Of a DNA stretch of 64,000 nucleotides, positions 46,601 through 58,920 are shown piece after piece. Below the pieces are notes generated by a model. The model searched no databases. It worked only from the letters and a program-made list of their open reading frames with translations, and was not told the DNA's origin. The stretch comes from Lingula anatina (lineage: Eukaryota; Animalia; Brachiopoda), in the NCBI GenBank assembly GCA_051362555.1, contig CM120648.1, positions 10,102,587 to 10,166,586 of the forward strand, given 5' to 3'. Both the position numbers and the translations under genes were made by a program. Position 1 is the first letter of the stretch, and each line of letters starts with the position of its first letter.

Positions 46601-48443
46601 TTTTCATAAATGATCATCGCGCAGGTGCAAATTGTTACAAATACTGTTTTTATATTCAATTTATCAAATCTTACTTAACAAATGGTACAGATAAGACAAA
46701 ATATGCACTAGAAATAAAATACTAATACCTTTACTGCATGGAATCATTTCAATGCATTTTGATAAATCTATAGTAGTTGCCAACTCTTTTCACTAAAAAT
46801 GGATAAAATCATTAATTCATTTCCTTTTGAAACACAATTTTTAGCGCCCTACAGAATTTTAAGTACAGCGTGACTCGTTTATCTAGATGTCAACACTTTT
46901 TGCAGCAAGTGATATTATTTTAAAACATTGAATAAGATAGCCTCCGAATTAAAGGACGAAATGCATATCATTGCTAAACATAACCTTTTTTTTTTTCGTG
47001 ATACATTTCGTGAAATATTGAGTTAAATTTTAGTCGATTTTGAACTAAGCACAAATTTTAGATGTTATATTGGTCTTCATCCCCTGTGAATCAAGTGAAT
47101 ATAATATTCTAGACAATCACAATTTTACAAAATATCCTCCAATGTCCAATGATATGATTTTATTGATGTAATAAAGGCCTTTGACATGGTTGACAGAGAT
47201 GGACGTTGGCCCTTTCTGGCTGCCGACCAAACCTCCTGCGTTTCACTATATTATTCCATGTCAACACAAAAGGCACTGTACCATTCGATGGTAACTGATA
47301 TATTTAATATTGACAGTGGTGTGAAGCAATGGTGTGCATTAGCATTGCCACTCTTAAACATTCCCTTTTCTGTTTATCTGAAACACGCATTCAAATCAGG
47401 AGATGAAAGCACCACATTACAAATTCGATCTGACGGGAAAATCTAACACGCCTTATAGAGGCGGATACAGGATTATTTGAAAGGAGGGAGGGTCGATTTT
47501 TAGGACTCACAGACCTTGGGTGTAAAGCCGACCATAACCCCCATAGCCGAGAAATTGGAGTTCCGATTGTTAATGGTGCCATTTGTTAGGGCTACGAACT
47601 ACAATCCAGCTAGTTCAGCTAGTCAAATGATATTTTTTCAGAAACCGACGGGAGGGGGGTCAGTACCGCCTGACACCTCTCCCCCTAAATCCACCACAGA
47701 CTGAGAACTAAGTGCTAAAAGTATTTGTGTGACTTTATTTCACTTACAATGCTGCTCGTTTCACAAAGTGCAGCAGAACTTTTAGACTAGCTGTTCAATG
47801 CATGTTAAGATTTCAAGCACTACATATCTCAAGTAGAGCAACATGGCTTTGACTCCTCGCCCACTTTCCTTATCAGTCACGTCACTCTAGAACGTTCCAC
47901 AGTTTATCCCTCTAGGTTCTGTATCGTTGGATACAGGGCTTGGAAAAAGAAATGGAAAGGCTGCTTTTAACATAGCAATCCGTCACTGCCTACAACAAAC
48001 AAAACGTGCAGTAGTCTGCGGAACGCCTTCCGCTAGAAGTGGAAGATGGCGGAGAGGCTGATTACCTTTATGAACAACATATTGCTGAGGGGAATTTTGT
48101 GGTCTCCGTGATACAGTCTCCTCTTCGTTCGACACCACTCCCTTCCTCTCCAGTCCAACCAAATTAAATTAATTATTATTATTGGAGTTAGTTTTAATAT
48201 GTAATAACGCTATTGATAATTCCATTTCAGCAAGGTAACATGCAGCACTGGCAAGATCGGGAATCCTTTAAGTATAAAACACCCACGCCAGCCACACTTT
48301 CCAAATCAGGTTTGTACACGTACAAGACTATCGCATCTTGGTGTAGATACAAAGCACAATCATACGCTAGCTTTACCATAGATCCAGAAAAAGGCGATAT
48401 CGATGGAGCAGAGACATTCATTGTATCAGGTTCGCCCTTTTGA
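41323..48443 (+). CDS. Uncharacterised secreted protein, copy A (5 exons, 243 aa)
   Basis: Exons 41323-41330, 45052-45243, 45491-45672, 46107-46243, 48231-48443; all GT-AG, 732 nt in total, no internal stop. N-terminus MSRITRALFCVLQCSLYVHC looks like a signal peptide. The structure is conserved in copy B. Confidence 0.8.
41893..43152. mobile_element. Harbinger-like non-autonomous element in intron 1 of copy A
   Basis: TIR ggcccggttgcaccaac ... gttggtgcaaccgggcc. Absent from the other repeat units. Confidence 0.8.
47155..47446 (+). mobile_element. Decayed RTE-clade LINE reverse-transcriptase fragment (duplicate at ~55235-55460)
   Basis: FIDVIKAFDMVDRDG and SGVKQWCALALPLLNIPFS..HAF..IRSDGK match RTE RT motifs. 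Confidence 0.7.
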
Positions 48444-49234
48444 AAATGCGAATAATGTACACACTGTAAATCATATCTTATGTAGAACTACCGTAGAGCA
48501 AGCCTAACAACGGCAACTTCACTATAAAACTTAGGAATTGATTTAATCAAATTGCATAGCAGAATTGAGTAAATATAATTGTCACCTTTTTTCAATTTGA
48601 TTGATTTTCTTCATGTATTGCACTGATAAAATCATACATGAAATCTTCAAAACCGATCTTTTAATGAAAGTTGTCATTATTTTTTTCCTCAAAATGATTA
48701 GGATACATGCAGCTTCAGCAAGTTGATGGTTTTCTTAACTTTAACTTTTACGCATGCTCACAAGCAGCACTACAAATAACAGAAAGAATAAATGCCTAAA
48801 CGTTTTTGTCTCATTGTTCTTGAAATGCATTATACAAGTCTCGTTTTCTATTTAGTTTAGCCCTGAATGTCCAGGAATGGGATGGACAATGCTTCTGGTT
48901 GTAGAGACGTACCTTTCACCTATATTATGCTCTTGTTGGTAAAAAATAGAGGGGGAGGGGGAGAAAATATTACTTGAAGGATAATACTTGCATGGTCTTG
49001 CTAAAAAAACACCTTTGCCCTATACTCCTTTGGCCCATAAAATATAAACGAACCTATGCACTAGAAAGAAGCAATGGAATCAATTTTTTTTTGCACTTAC
49101 ACAAAGATTCTCGATAATCCTATGAAAAATCATGTATGAATCAAACAGAATATTATATTTTTTGCAGTGACATTTTTATAAATAAAAAGTATATTAAAAG
49201 TAAGCAAAATTCCTATATGGACAAACTGACTATA

Positions 49235-50318
49235 ATAATACAGTAATAATAATGATAATAATAATAATAAGATTCTTATATGGCGCCTTACATTCTATCT
49301 CAAGGCGCCTTACAATAATGGCTAATATAATAAAATCATTAAAATGACTACAATATTTTAATCATAAACTCTCATTGGAAACCATTTAAAACTTACACTA
49401 CTAAGAATCAATCTTATTAAAATACATATATATATTAAAAAATCTAAGAGATATAGACAGAATTAAAAATGTGGGTCTTTAAAAGCGATTTAAATTGTCA
49501 AAGTCTTCTGTTTTTCTAATAAAATTTGGTAGACCATTCCACACTTTTGGGGCGTAGATTATAAAAGCACGATCTCCATAACTTTTGAGGCACCCCTTCT
49601 CTAAAACAGAATGTTCTAAAATAAAATCATTTTCAGTATTAAAACGAGTGGACCGCCGTGGTAAGTTAAAACAGATAAGATCAGATAAATATAATGGTCC
49701 TTGTGAATGGATCGCCTTAAAAATAATACAAAGTACTTTAAAATCAATCCTCTGCTTCACAGGCAGCCAGTGTAATTCTTTCAGAATGGGAGTGATATGG
49801 TGTGTACTATTGTACTTAATTTGACAAACCAGTCATGCAGCTGAGTTTTGAATAACTTGTAACTTTTTTATTTGATAGTCACAAATACCAAAGAGGAGAC
49901 TATTGCAGTAATCTAATCTTGATGATATAAATGCATGTACTAATTTTTCAGTGGTTTTGTTATCTAACACTTTCCTTATTTTTCTGAATTGGGAAATGCG
50001 CCATAGTGCATAAGATGCTGATTTACACACTTCAGATACACGCTTGCCCATAGTGCCATTTTCATCGAGGGTAACTCCCAGATCTTTTACAGAACTAGAT
50101 GGTTTTATAAGAACATCTCCTATGCAAATGTTGGCATTTGCTACATTTTTTCTATTTGCCTTGAACCTTGATGTAAACCATATCAACTATCATTTAAAGC
50201 CAACATGTTCACTTTCATCCATTTTCGAATCTCTTTAAGACAAGTCTCCATAGAAGTGATTGTTGCAGACTGGCTGCTCTTGCATGTAATATATACTTGT
50301 GTGTCATCTGCAAAAATA
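49235..50318 (-). mobile_element. 5'-truncated L2/CR1-group LINE (RT C-terminus, frameshifted) with (ATT)n-like tail
   Basis: FADDTQVY, VKDLGVTLD, LVHAFISSRLDYCNSLL, LQVIQNSAA, RIDFKVL, GDRAF..APKVWNGLP. Flanked by actata; the empty site is visible in the next unit at 57300-57320. Confidence 0.92.
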
Positions 50319-50800
50319 ACTATACTGATAACTACCAATAAATATAAACAAATCTTTGTGAATGAGAACACTATGGAAATATTTTCTTTGTAGACGGCAT
50401 CGTTAAGGAGACGATATGCTTGATGGGCCTGCTTCTTTATTTCCCTCATTTAATTGTAAACAGCACGTCTGTTTCTACAGGATTTGCTCATATCTTTCAC
50501 TCTACAATGTTTTGATAGTTTCTACTTAAACAAAATAAAATCAGTAAATAAAACAAAATATTTTACACAAGTTTATTATATACAACGTTCTATTTACAAA
50601 TATGACTGTGTCACAAAATTTCATGAACTCTACAATGTTCACATAGTGACTTCATTTGGCATCTGCTTCCTGAGGCTCGTCTAGTATATGTTCAAAATGT
50701 TTTAGAAAATATGAAATACGCTCACGGTACTTAAAGCACAATCCCCAGATTGTGAGAAGCAGCATCGGACGTTCTTCACCAACGTTAAACCTGATACAAG

Positions 50801-51625
50801 ATGTTGAGGTACGTCGTTTTATTTACTTTCGTTCTGAACCTTTAACCGTGGAATTGTAGCAATTTCAGTATGATAGCTTTAAGCGGCATTTAGATGTAAA
50901 CGGTAAGGTAGACAATTCAGATAAATGCCCGTAAACCAGCTGAATATATGCCAATTTATATACAAAAACAAACAAACAAATAAATAAATAAATAAAAACA
51001 AAGAAGAAATGTTAAACACATTGCAAGTTCATTGCTTTTGGAGCATTCAGATTATTACCAACGTTGATATGGTTTTCACAACATCTTTAGTCCCTTAAAA
51101 AAGACAAGTATTCAGTAATAAAGATTGAAGATGAAAATCAACTTGTGATAAGGAAATCCAACGCTGACAACAATAACCAGTTTTAATTATTAAATGTTCA
51201 CCCACTTCTTCGGGTACAGTCTGCTGAATGTGGGGAGACCAACTCTTTAGAAAATATAAAACAGCAGTTAACTTCTTAAACAGATGAATTAATTATTAAC
51301 AATTCTACTTTAGCTCTTTAAACTTAACACAAGGAATGTCAGACTTATATATATATATATATATATATTAAAAGTAAAAACGTTTTTCCTGTACGAGTAA
51401 TATTATATATAATAAAAAGAAAAATAGAACAGCAACTTTTTTGCCCCGAACGGTTTCTTTCTTTCTTCAGGGGGTTTTGTTTATTTGTTTCTAGGTGATG
51501 TCATAAAGGCTAAAATGTGACGTCTGTAACAATAGGTGTTTAATTGTACACCTACAAACAAATAAACAAAACCCCCTGAAGAAAGAAAGAAACCGGTCGG
51601 GCAAAAAAGTTGCTGTTCTTTTTTT

Positions 51626-51686
<61 letters not shown>

Positions 51687-54064
51687 GTCTATGATGATTA
51701 TATGTGTCTCATACAAGGCCTAAATTGGACACCGTGTGAGTCAGACGGCAAATTAATTAAATTAAAGCATATAGCTCTTCACTCTGCAGACGTATATTTA
51801 AGCGGGTGACACAGTTTCAACCAACGTTTATAACAGTATCTTGCCTTGATATTCATAGGCAGGTCTCTCGATCAACATTCTCTCGCAGTTTTAATAATGA
51901 TCAAATAACCGTGTATACCCCAAGTTTGTTATTATTATTAAGTTTCAAGATCTGGTGGTCAATAAAATAGATATGGATAGATAGAAAGATAAATATACAT
52001 ACCCCGATTCTAAGATCTGATGACAAATAAAATATAACTCAGTGTCGCACCATGTTGATTGATAGATAGGTAGAAAGATAAATAGAACTTTTGTTTATTG
52101 TGGATTTTGAGCAAGAACACTACATCGAAAAAGACATTTTTTTCGCAATATCAGCCAGTGAAAGATGCTGTTCTATTCTTTTAAATATTGCAAAAATTAC
52201 CTAATGTCGACATAACTTCTAAGCCTATATCAAAACACCAGAAATGCTTTTCTGTGGCGTGCTTTAAAACCGTGCACACTATGTTAGCTACAGTAAATGT
52301 AACCTTTGAGGATACCAGTATGTTCAGCTTTATATCGACAGCAAAGTAAATTAGAGTGTCGCTGGAATCTAACCTTAACTATCACTTGGCATTTTTTATT
52401 TCGATGATGTTTTTCAATCCAATCAATTTAAATGTGCCTAATTATCAATCAGCTGACACGTGCCAATAAGATTGTTTGTCTATCTGGGCTACTCGTAAAA
52501 CATAAAAAGTTTACATCACTGATTTTTGTGTCATCGTGTCACCTGGCAAGCGAACGGCATACATCGCCTATCGAATTTGGCAAACCATCACTAAAGGATT
52601 CATAAAATACATATAATTACGATACAAGGGACGCTTAAGACAAACTTTTATTTAAAGGAATTCTATCTTTTTAGTCTGAATTGGGAAATGTAAGAAGCGT
52701 TAAATGGCATAGATACATATGTAAGACCGTGGTGGATTTTCAAACGCGCGGAGAGAACCTGTAACCTATAATTTTGGCGGGGAAATCTCATGGAGTTGCC
52801 CTTAAACTTAGCACCTTAGGCAGAATATCCGTGAACAAAATGAATCTGTAGTAAAAACAACACCACCTGTTGTTCGCCTTTAAGCAAAAAGGTACAATAA
52901 TTAATATATGTTCCTCATATATTCTCAAAGAAAAGTAATATTTCTAAGAAAGAGAAATGCACTTATTAAGTATGACTTTACATCTTATAATGTTCAGGTT
53001 ACATCAGATATAAAGACGCAGAAAAGTGTTTGAATAGTTTGCTACTTACCTGCTAGGTGAAAAACACTTATGTTTTTGTGATTTCAGAATTGCTACAGCT
53101 TTGTTCTGCGTGCTCCAGTGCTCATTGTACGTTCACTGTGTCACACAGGAGTGTGTTTCCTCATCCGTAGAAAGCAGGGGTGGGTGGAATTTCGTATTTC
53201 GATTGAGTGGAATATGGACAGGGCTAGTAGAAAACCTCAGCAGATTTAAACAACATCATACATGTGCTGGGAGAACAGAGTAAGTACCATTAGTATGACG
53301 CTCGGGTACCTTATTTTAACATTAAAGGTAAAGGAGGCTGTATTGTGAAATACTCTTTACAACAAATTATTGTCTTCACTAGTGAAAAGAATTGTCTACT
53401 AAGACTATGACTTATATAAATTAATTTACTTATAGTTCAGTATTTACAACTCAGATGGAGAGTGGTATGTGTAACTGAACAAATTACATATCGAAGTACA
53501 GTTGTAGCAAATTTACTTTTGCAGCAACCAGGCCATAGTTGAATTTGGACGGGATGCAGTGAAATATTTTGGCGACCACTTTGGAATAAATATGACTGCT
53601 GTGACCGATGCTGATATACTAGATGGACGTGTCCTATTAGAGGACGGAAGGATGGAGTTTCACCCCTACCACCTCAATCCAGTTGCAAAATGCAGTCTTG
53701 TTAATGGTAAGAACTGGTTTATAATTTGATGAGGCAAGTCTGGTGAAAATCTTTTGCTGTTGCTTTCAAATTAATGTATCCGATTTTTGTAATCCGATTC
53801 TACTAAGATTTCGTAGCAATGCGCAAAGCATACTTTTTCCCAATTCTATGTTATTCTGAGTATGTTTGAGCGGATCATGAGTTTTGTATTACGGCGTTTT
53901 ATTTCCGAGGCCTCATGTGTTACATCTTTTATTAGTCAGAGGCATACTGTATAATGTGACCAATAGACCAAGATATTGAGCCATGAAGACATCCGTTACT
54001 TGAAGTCCAAAAACCCTTAAATGAGTTGTCTTAGCAGTGGACAGAGCATCTGTGGTGGAAGTTG

Positions 54065-54133
<69 letters not shown>

Positions 54134-56807
54134 GTTAAGTGGACTACATGATTATTTGACAATTTGTTACATTACAGACAAGAAGATTAGAGGGTTCCTT
54201 TCTAACGCGGGCTGGGTGATTGAGGTTATTAACAACATTCAGGTTAACGGAACTGGGTATTCAGGAACGCTTGAAGAAACCAATTCAATATTTTATGGGG
54301 AATACATAATCGAGGTAAGTGACATTGCATACAAGCTGTTTTGTTAATCTTCAAAGTCCTAAGTCATATTATAATTTATTTATTTGATTTTGTGTTCGTA
54401 TCAGTGCTCAAAGTTTTGGAGATTAAAATTACAACAAACCTACAGCAAAATGTGTTTGTAGTCTAAGTTGATACAAAATGTTTAAGTCCAAGCTAAATGT
54501 TTGGAACTTAGAATTTTGTGATTTTTTCTGTTCTTACTAAGTGTATTCTCCTAGGGGCCCTATTCAGCATGATTATTAACTTATGTTGGTCAACGGGAAC
54601 TATACAAAGCTAGATATCGCCATTCCTCATTGAAATATACAGACAAAAATGTTGCCCCACCTCTGCTTCGATCCATGTACCCTTTTTATAATTGATCACC
54701 TTGCCGGTGTAAATTGTTACAAACAGTGTTTGTATATTCAAGTTATCATATCTTACTTGACTAATAGTACAGAAAATACAAAATATACACTGGAAATAAA
54801 ATACTTTACTGTAGTTATCCCTATCCCAATCATTTCAGTGCATTTTGATAAATCTATAGTGGTTGCCAAAATTTTTCACTATAAATGGATAAAATCATTA
54901 ATTCATTTCCTTTTGAAACTTAATTTTGAGCTCCTTACAAAATTTAAGTACAACGTGACTCGTTTATCCAGATGTCAACACTTTTTGCAACAAGTGATAT
55001 TATTTTAAAACATTGAACAAGATAGCCTCCGAATCAAAGGACGAAATACGTATCATTGATACACATAACATTTTTTTCATTATACATTTAGTAAAATATT
55101 GAGTTATATTTTTAGTCAATTTTGAACTAAGCACAAATTTAGATGTGATATTGGTCTTCAGCCCCTGTGAATGAAGTGAATATGATATACTCTAGACAAT
55201 CACCATTTTTACAAAATGTCCTCCAATGATAGGATTTCATTGATGTAACAAAGGCCTTTGGCATGGTTGACAGAGTCGGACGTTGGCCCTTACTAGCTGC
55301 CTACCAAACCTCCTGCGTTTCACTATATCATTATATGCCAACACAAAAGGCACTGTACCATTTGATGGTAACGGATATATTTAATATTAACAGCGGTTTG
55401 AAGCAAGGATTCCCTTTTATGTTTACCTGAAACACAAATTCAAATCAGGAGATAAAGGCAACATAGCTTTTGAAAGCTAACACGCCTTACAGGGGCGGAT
55501 CTAGGGTTATTTGAAAGGAGGGAGGGTCGACTTTTAGAAGTCACAGGCCTCGGGTGTAAAGCCGGCCCTAACCCCCGTTTCCGAGAAATTGAGGTTTCGA
55601 GTGGTGAATATGGTGCCATTTGTTAGGGTTACGAACAATCCAGCTAGTTCAGCTAGTCAAAATAATAATTTTTCAGAAACCGAAGGGAGGAGGGTCAGTA
55701 CCGCCTGACACCTCTCCCGCTAAATCCACCACAGACTGAGAACTAAGTGCTAAAAGTATTTGTGTGACTTTATTTCCCTTACAGTGCTGCTCGTTTCACA
55801 AAGTGCAGCAGAACTTCAGATACTTTTAGACTAACTGTTCAATGCATGTTAAGATTTCAAGCATTATATCAGTCTAAAGAACACTCAAGTTGTGCAGCAG
55901 AGCTTTGACGCCTCACCCACTTTCCTTATCAGTGACGTAACTCTGGAAAACGTTCCACAGTTTATCCCTCTAGGTTCTGTATCGCTGGATACAGGGCTTG
56001 GGAAAAGAACAGGAAAAGCTGCTTTCAACATAGCGAAGTTTTCATGTCTGGAAAGGGAAAATAAGAGACTCATTGACCAACCAAAATTGCATTGCATCGC
56101 GCTTGTGAGCTTCTTGATTACACAACACCTTCTAGGGGTGGATCCAGGAATTTTTGAAGGGGGAGTCTGCTGATAAGAGCCTGCGAAGGGTTCGGGCCCA
56201 AATTTTTATTGTCATTTTCATTGTCAACGGTTTAGAACTATGATTCGGGTAGTCAAAATGCTAATTTCAAGAGGGGATCATTGGTGTGATTTTTTTCAGA
56301 AGAAGGGGGGGGGTCAGAACGACCCTGACCCCCCCCCCCCCCCCAAAAAAAAAAAAAAATCCGCCACTGCCTACAGCAAACAAAACGTGCAGTGGTCTGT
56401 GGAACACCTTCCGCTAGAAGTGGCGTGACAGGTGGAGATGATGATTACTTCTAGCAACAGCATATCGCTGAGGGGAATTTTGCGGTCTTTGTGATACAGT
56501 CTCCACCTCGTTTGACACCACCCCCTCCCTCTCCAGTCCAACCAAATTAATATAATAACGCTATTGATATTAATATGTAATAACGCTATTGATAATTCCA
56601 TTTCAGCCAGCTTATTACATGCTGTACTTGCAAGATCGGGAATCCTTTAAGTATAAAACACCAACGCCAGCCACACTTTCCAAATCAGGTTTGTACACGT
56701 ACAAGACTATCGCATCCTGGGCTGGAATCAAAGGACAGTCATACGGTGGCTTTTCCATAGATGCCAAAAAAAGGGAAATCGACGGAACAGAGATTTTCAT
56801 TTTTTAA
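50801..56807 (+). CDS. Uncharacterised secreted protein, copy B (5 exons, 239 aa)
   Basis: Exons 50801-50808, 53088-53279, 53525-53706, 54178-54314, 56607-56807; 720 nt, open. Exons 1-4 have the same lengths as in copy A. Confidence 0.8.
51410..51632. repeat. ~220-bp palindrome between (TA)n tracts; each arm carries a degenerate hammerhead core
   Basis: gaacagcaactttttgccccgaacggtttc..cttcagggggttttg mirrored by caaaaccccctgaagaaagaaagaaaccggtcgggcaaaaaagttgctgttc. Confidence 0.8.
52652..52980. mobile_element. ~330-bp insertion specific to repeat unit B (Kolobok-like ends)
   Basis: ttaaagg... to ...cttta, absent at the equivalent site of unit A (~44945). Confidence 0.5.
56134..56369. mobile_element. 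MITE with CAG[GT]GGCGGAT-type ends (related pieces at ~30876, 47458-47700, 55490-55730, 60170-60348)
   Basis: aggggtggatcc ... aaatccgccactg. Confidence 0.6.
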
Positions 56808-57857
56808 GGTGTGCGCATTTGAAAAATGCAAATAATGCACACGATTAATCATATCGGATATAGAACTACCGTAAAGCAAGCATAACAACGGCAGCTACAC
56901 TACACAACTAATAAGGACGAAAATATTTTATCAAATTGCCAAGCAGAATTTAGTAAATGTTACTGTCACCTTTTTGTTTCAATTTGATTAATTTCATTGA
57001 TGTATTGCACTGATAAAAATACTTGAAAACTTCAATACCGATATTTTAATGAAAGTTGTCATTCATTTGTTTCCTCCAAATGCTAAGAATAAAAGCAGCT
57101 TCAGCAAGTAGATGGTTTTCTTAACTTTTATGCATGCTCACAAGCACCACTTCAAATAACGAAAAGGAATAAATGTCTAAACGTCCTATGCCTAAACATC
57201 CTATGAAAAATCCTGTTTGAATCAAATTGAATATTGCATTTTTGCAGTAACATTTTCAATAAATAAAATATATTATAAGTAAGCAAAATTCCTTTATGGA
57301 CAAACTGACTATACTGATATCTACAAATAAATATAAACAAATCTTTGCGAATGAGAATACTATGGAAATCATAATTAAAAAAAAAAAAAAACGACATCGT
57401 TCAAGAGACATTTTTGCACCATGCATGGTGGACCTGCTATTTCACTTCCCTCGTTTAACTGTAAACAGCAAACCTGCTTCTACAGGATTTGCCCATATAC
57501 TTCACTCGGTGTACTGGCCTACAATGTTGTGATAGTTTTTACTTAAAATAATTAAATCAGTAAACAACCACAAAATATTTTATACAATTTTTTATATACA
57601 ACGTTCTATTTACAAATTTGACTACAGCCGTCTTGTGTTTGGAAAATTGATACATGTACATCAAAGGAATCAGAGTGGAGACAGAAGTGGTATCCATTCT
57701 CTCTTCAGTTCAAAAAAATTAAATATATATACAGAGATCTACATTATGTCAAAATCAATATTGTCTCCCATGGGTTCCATATAGAAATGATGGTATAATG
57801 CCGTTATTCCCCTTCAAACCCTTTAAAACTGTATCAAATATTGAATATATACCTGTA

Positions 57858-58027
57858 TATAGAAAATCAGGGATACGAATAAATTAGACTTTTCTCTCCA
57901 TTTTATTTTAAAAAATGCCCTCGACCGTTTTGCCCCTGATGAGGCCTCAGGGCCGAAACGGTCGTAGGGCATTTTTTAATAAAATGGAGAGAAAAGTCTA
58001 ATTTATTCGTATCCTTGATTTTCTATA
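57858..58027. repeat. 170-bp near-perfect palindrome centred on a hammerhead ribozyme
   Basis: tatagaaaatcagggatacgaataaattagacttttctctccattttat mirrored by ataaaatggagagaaaagtctaatttattcgtatccttgattttctata. Confidence 0.95.
57931..57971 (+). ncRNA. Minimal type I hammerhead ribozyme
   Basis: TGCCC (stem I) CTGATGA GGCC-tcag-GGCC (stem II) GAA AC-ggtc-GT (stem III) A^ GGGCA (stem I). All core nucleotides are present; predicted cleavage is after the GUA at 57966. Confidence 0.8.
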
Positions 58028-58112
58028 CCAGCTCCCCACGGTCCGCCACCATGGGTGGAGAACTTTTTCATGGTGTATTGACTTAATTCTCCGATATATA
58101 TATATAATCTTA

Positions 58113-58497
58113 TTTTATAGTTAAAAACTTATTTTTATACATTAAAAAATGATTTATATTAGTCAAGGTCCATTTTAGAGTTCATGATTTGTGACACAGT
58201 CAATGAGCCCACCATGTGACCAAGGGAGTATGTCAAAGGTCACATACAAATATTTAAAGGATGCGTGTGTTGCTTTTACAGGTAAGCGTAACCAAGAATA
58301 TTTTTAAAACTACATGCTTGATTTAATATTCATGCCTTTGGTAGATCTTTTCCTAGACATTGTATGTGACCTTTGAAATACTCACTTGGTCACATGGTGG
58401 GCTCATTGACTGTGTCACAAATCCTCATAAACTCTACAATGGACCTTGACTAATATAAGTCATTTTTCAATGTATAAAAAAGTTTTTAACTATAAAT
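58113..58497. mobile_element. MITE with ~135-bp terminal inverted repeats
   Basis: tttatagttaaaaactt..gtcaatgagcccaccatgtgaccaag ... cttggtcacatggtgggctcattgac..aagtttttaactataaa. Confidence 0.85.
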
Positions 58498-58863
58498 TAA
58501 AATAATTCAAAACTGATTGTGAATGAAAATGGAAACATCTTGATATTTTCTTACAAAAAACATTTTATAATCTAGGAGGAGTTTTTCACCGAAAGGGTTA
58601 GGAAATCCAAAGTATATATACTGTATATACAGTATTTTTTCCTTTAACTTTAACTTGAGAAGTTAAACAGAATCAGGAAGTGAAGATATATATTATTTCG
58701 ATAAAGGGTCTATATGTGAAAGAGAATTAATGCAATATGTGTTAATATTTTTAATAGTGTCATCTATCAAAAACAGAGAAAGTAATTTATGCCCGAGCTA
58801 TGTAACGTGGTTACCATATAATTGACACACAAAGCTGTACAGGTGAACAACAACAACAACAAC

Positions 58864-58920
<57 letters not shown>

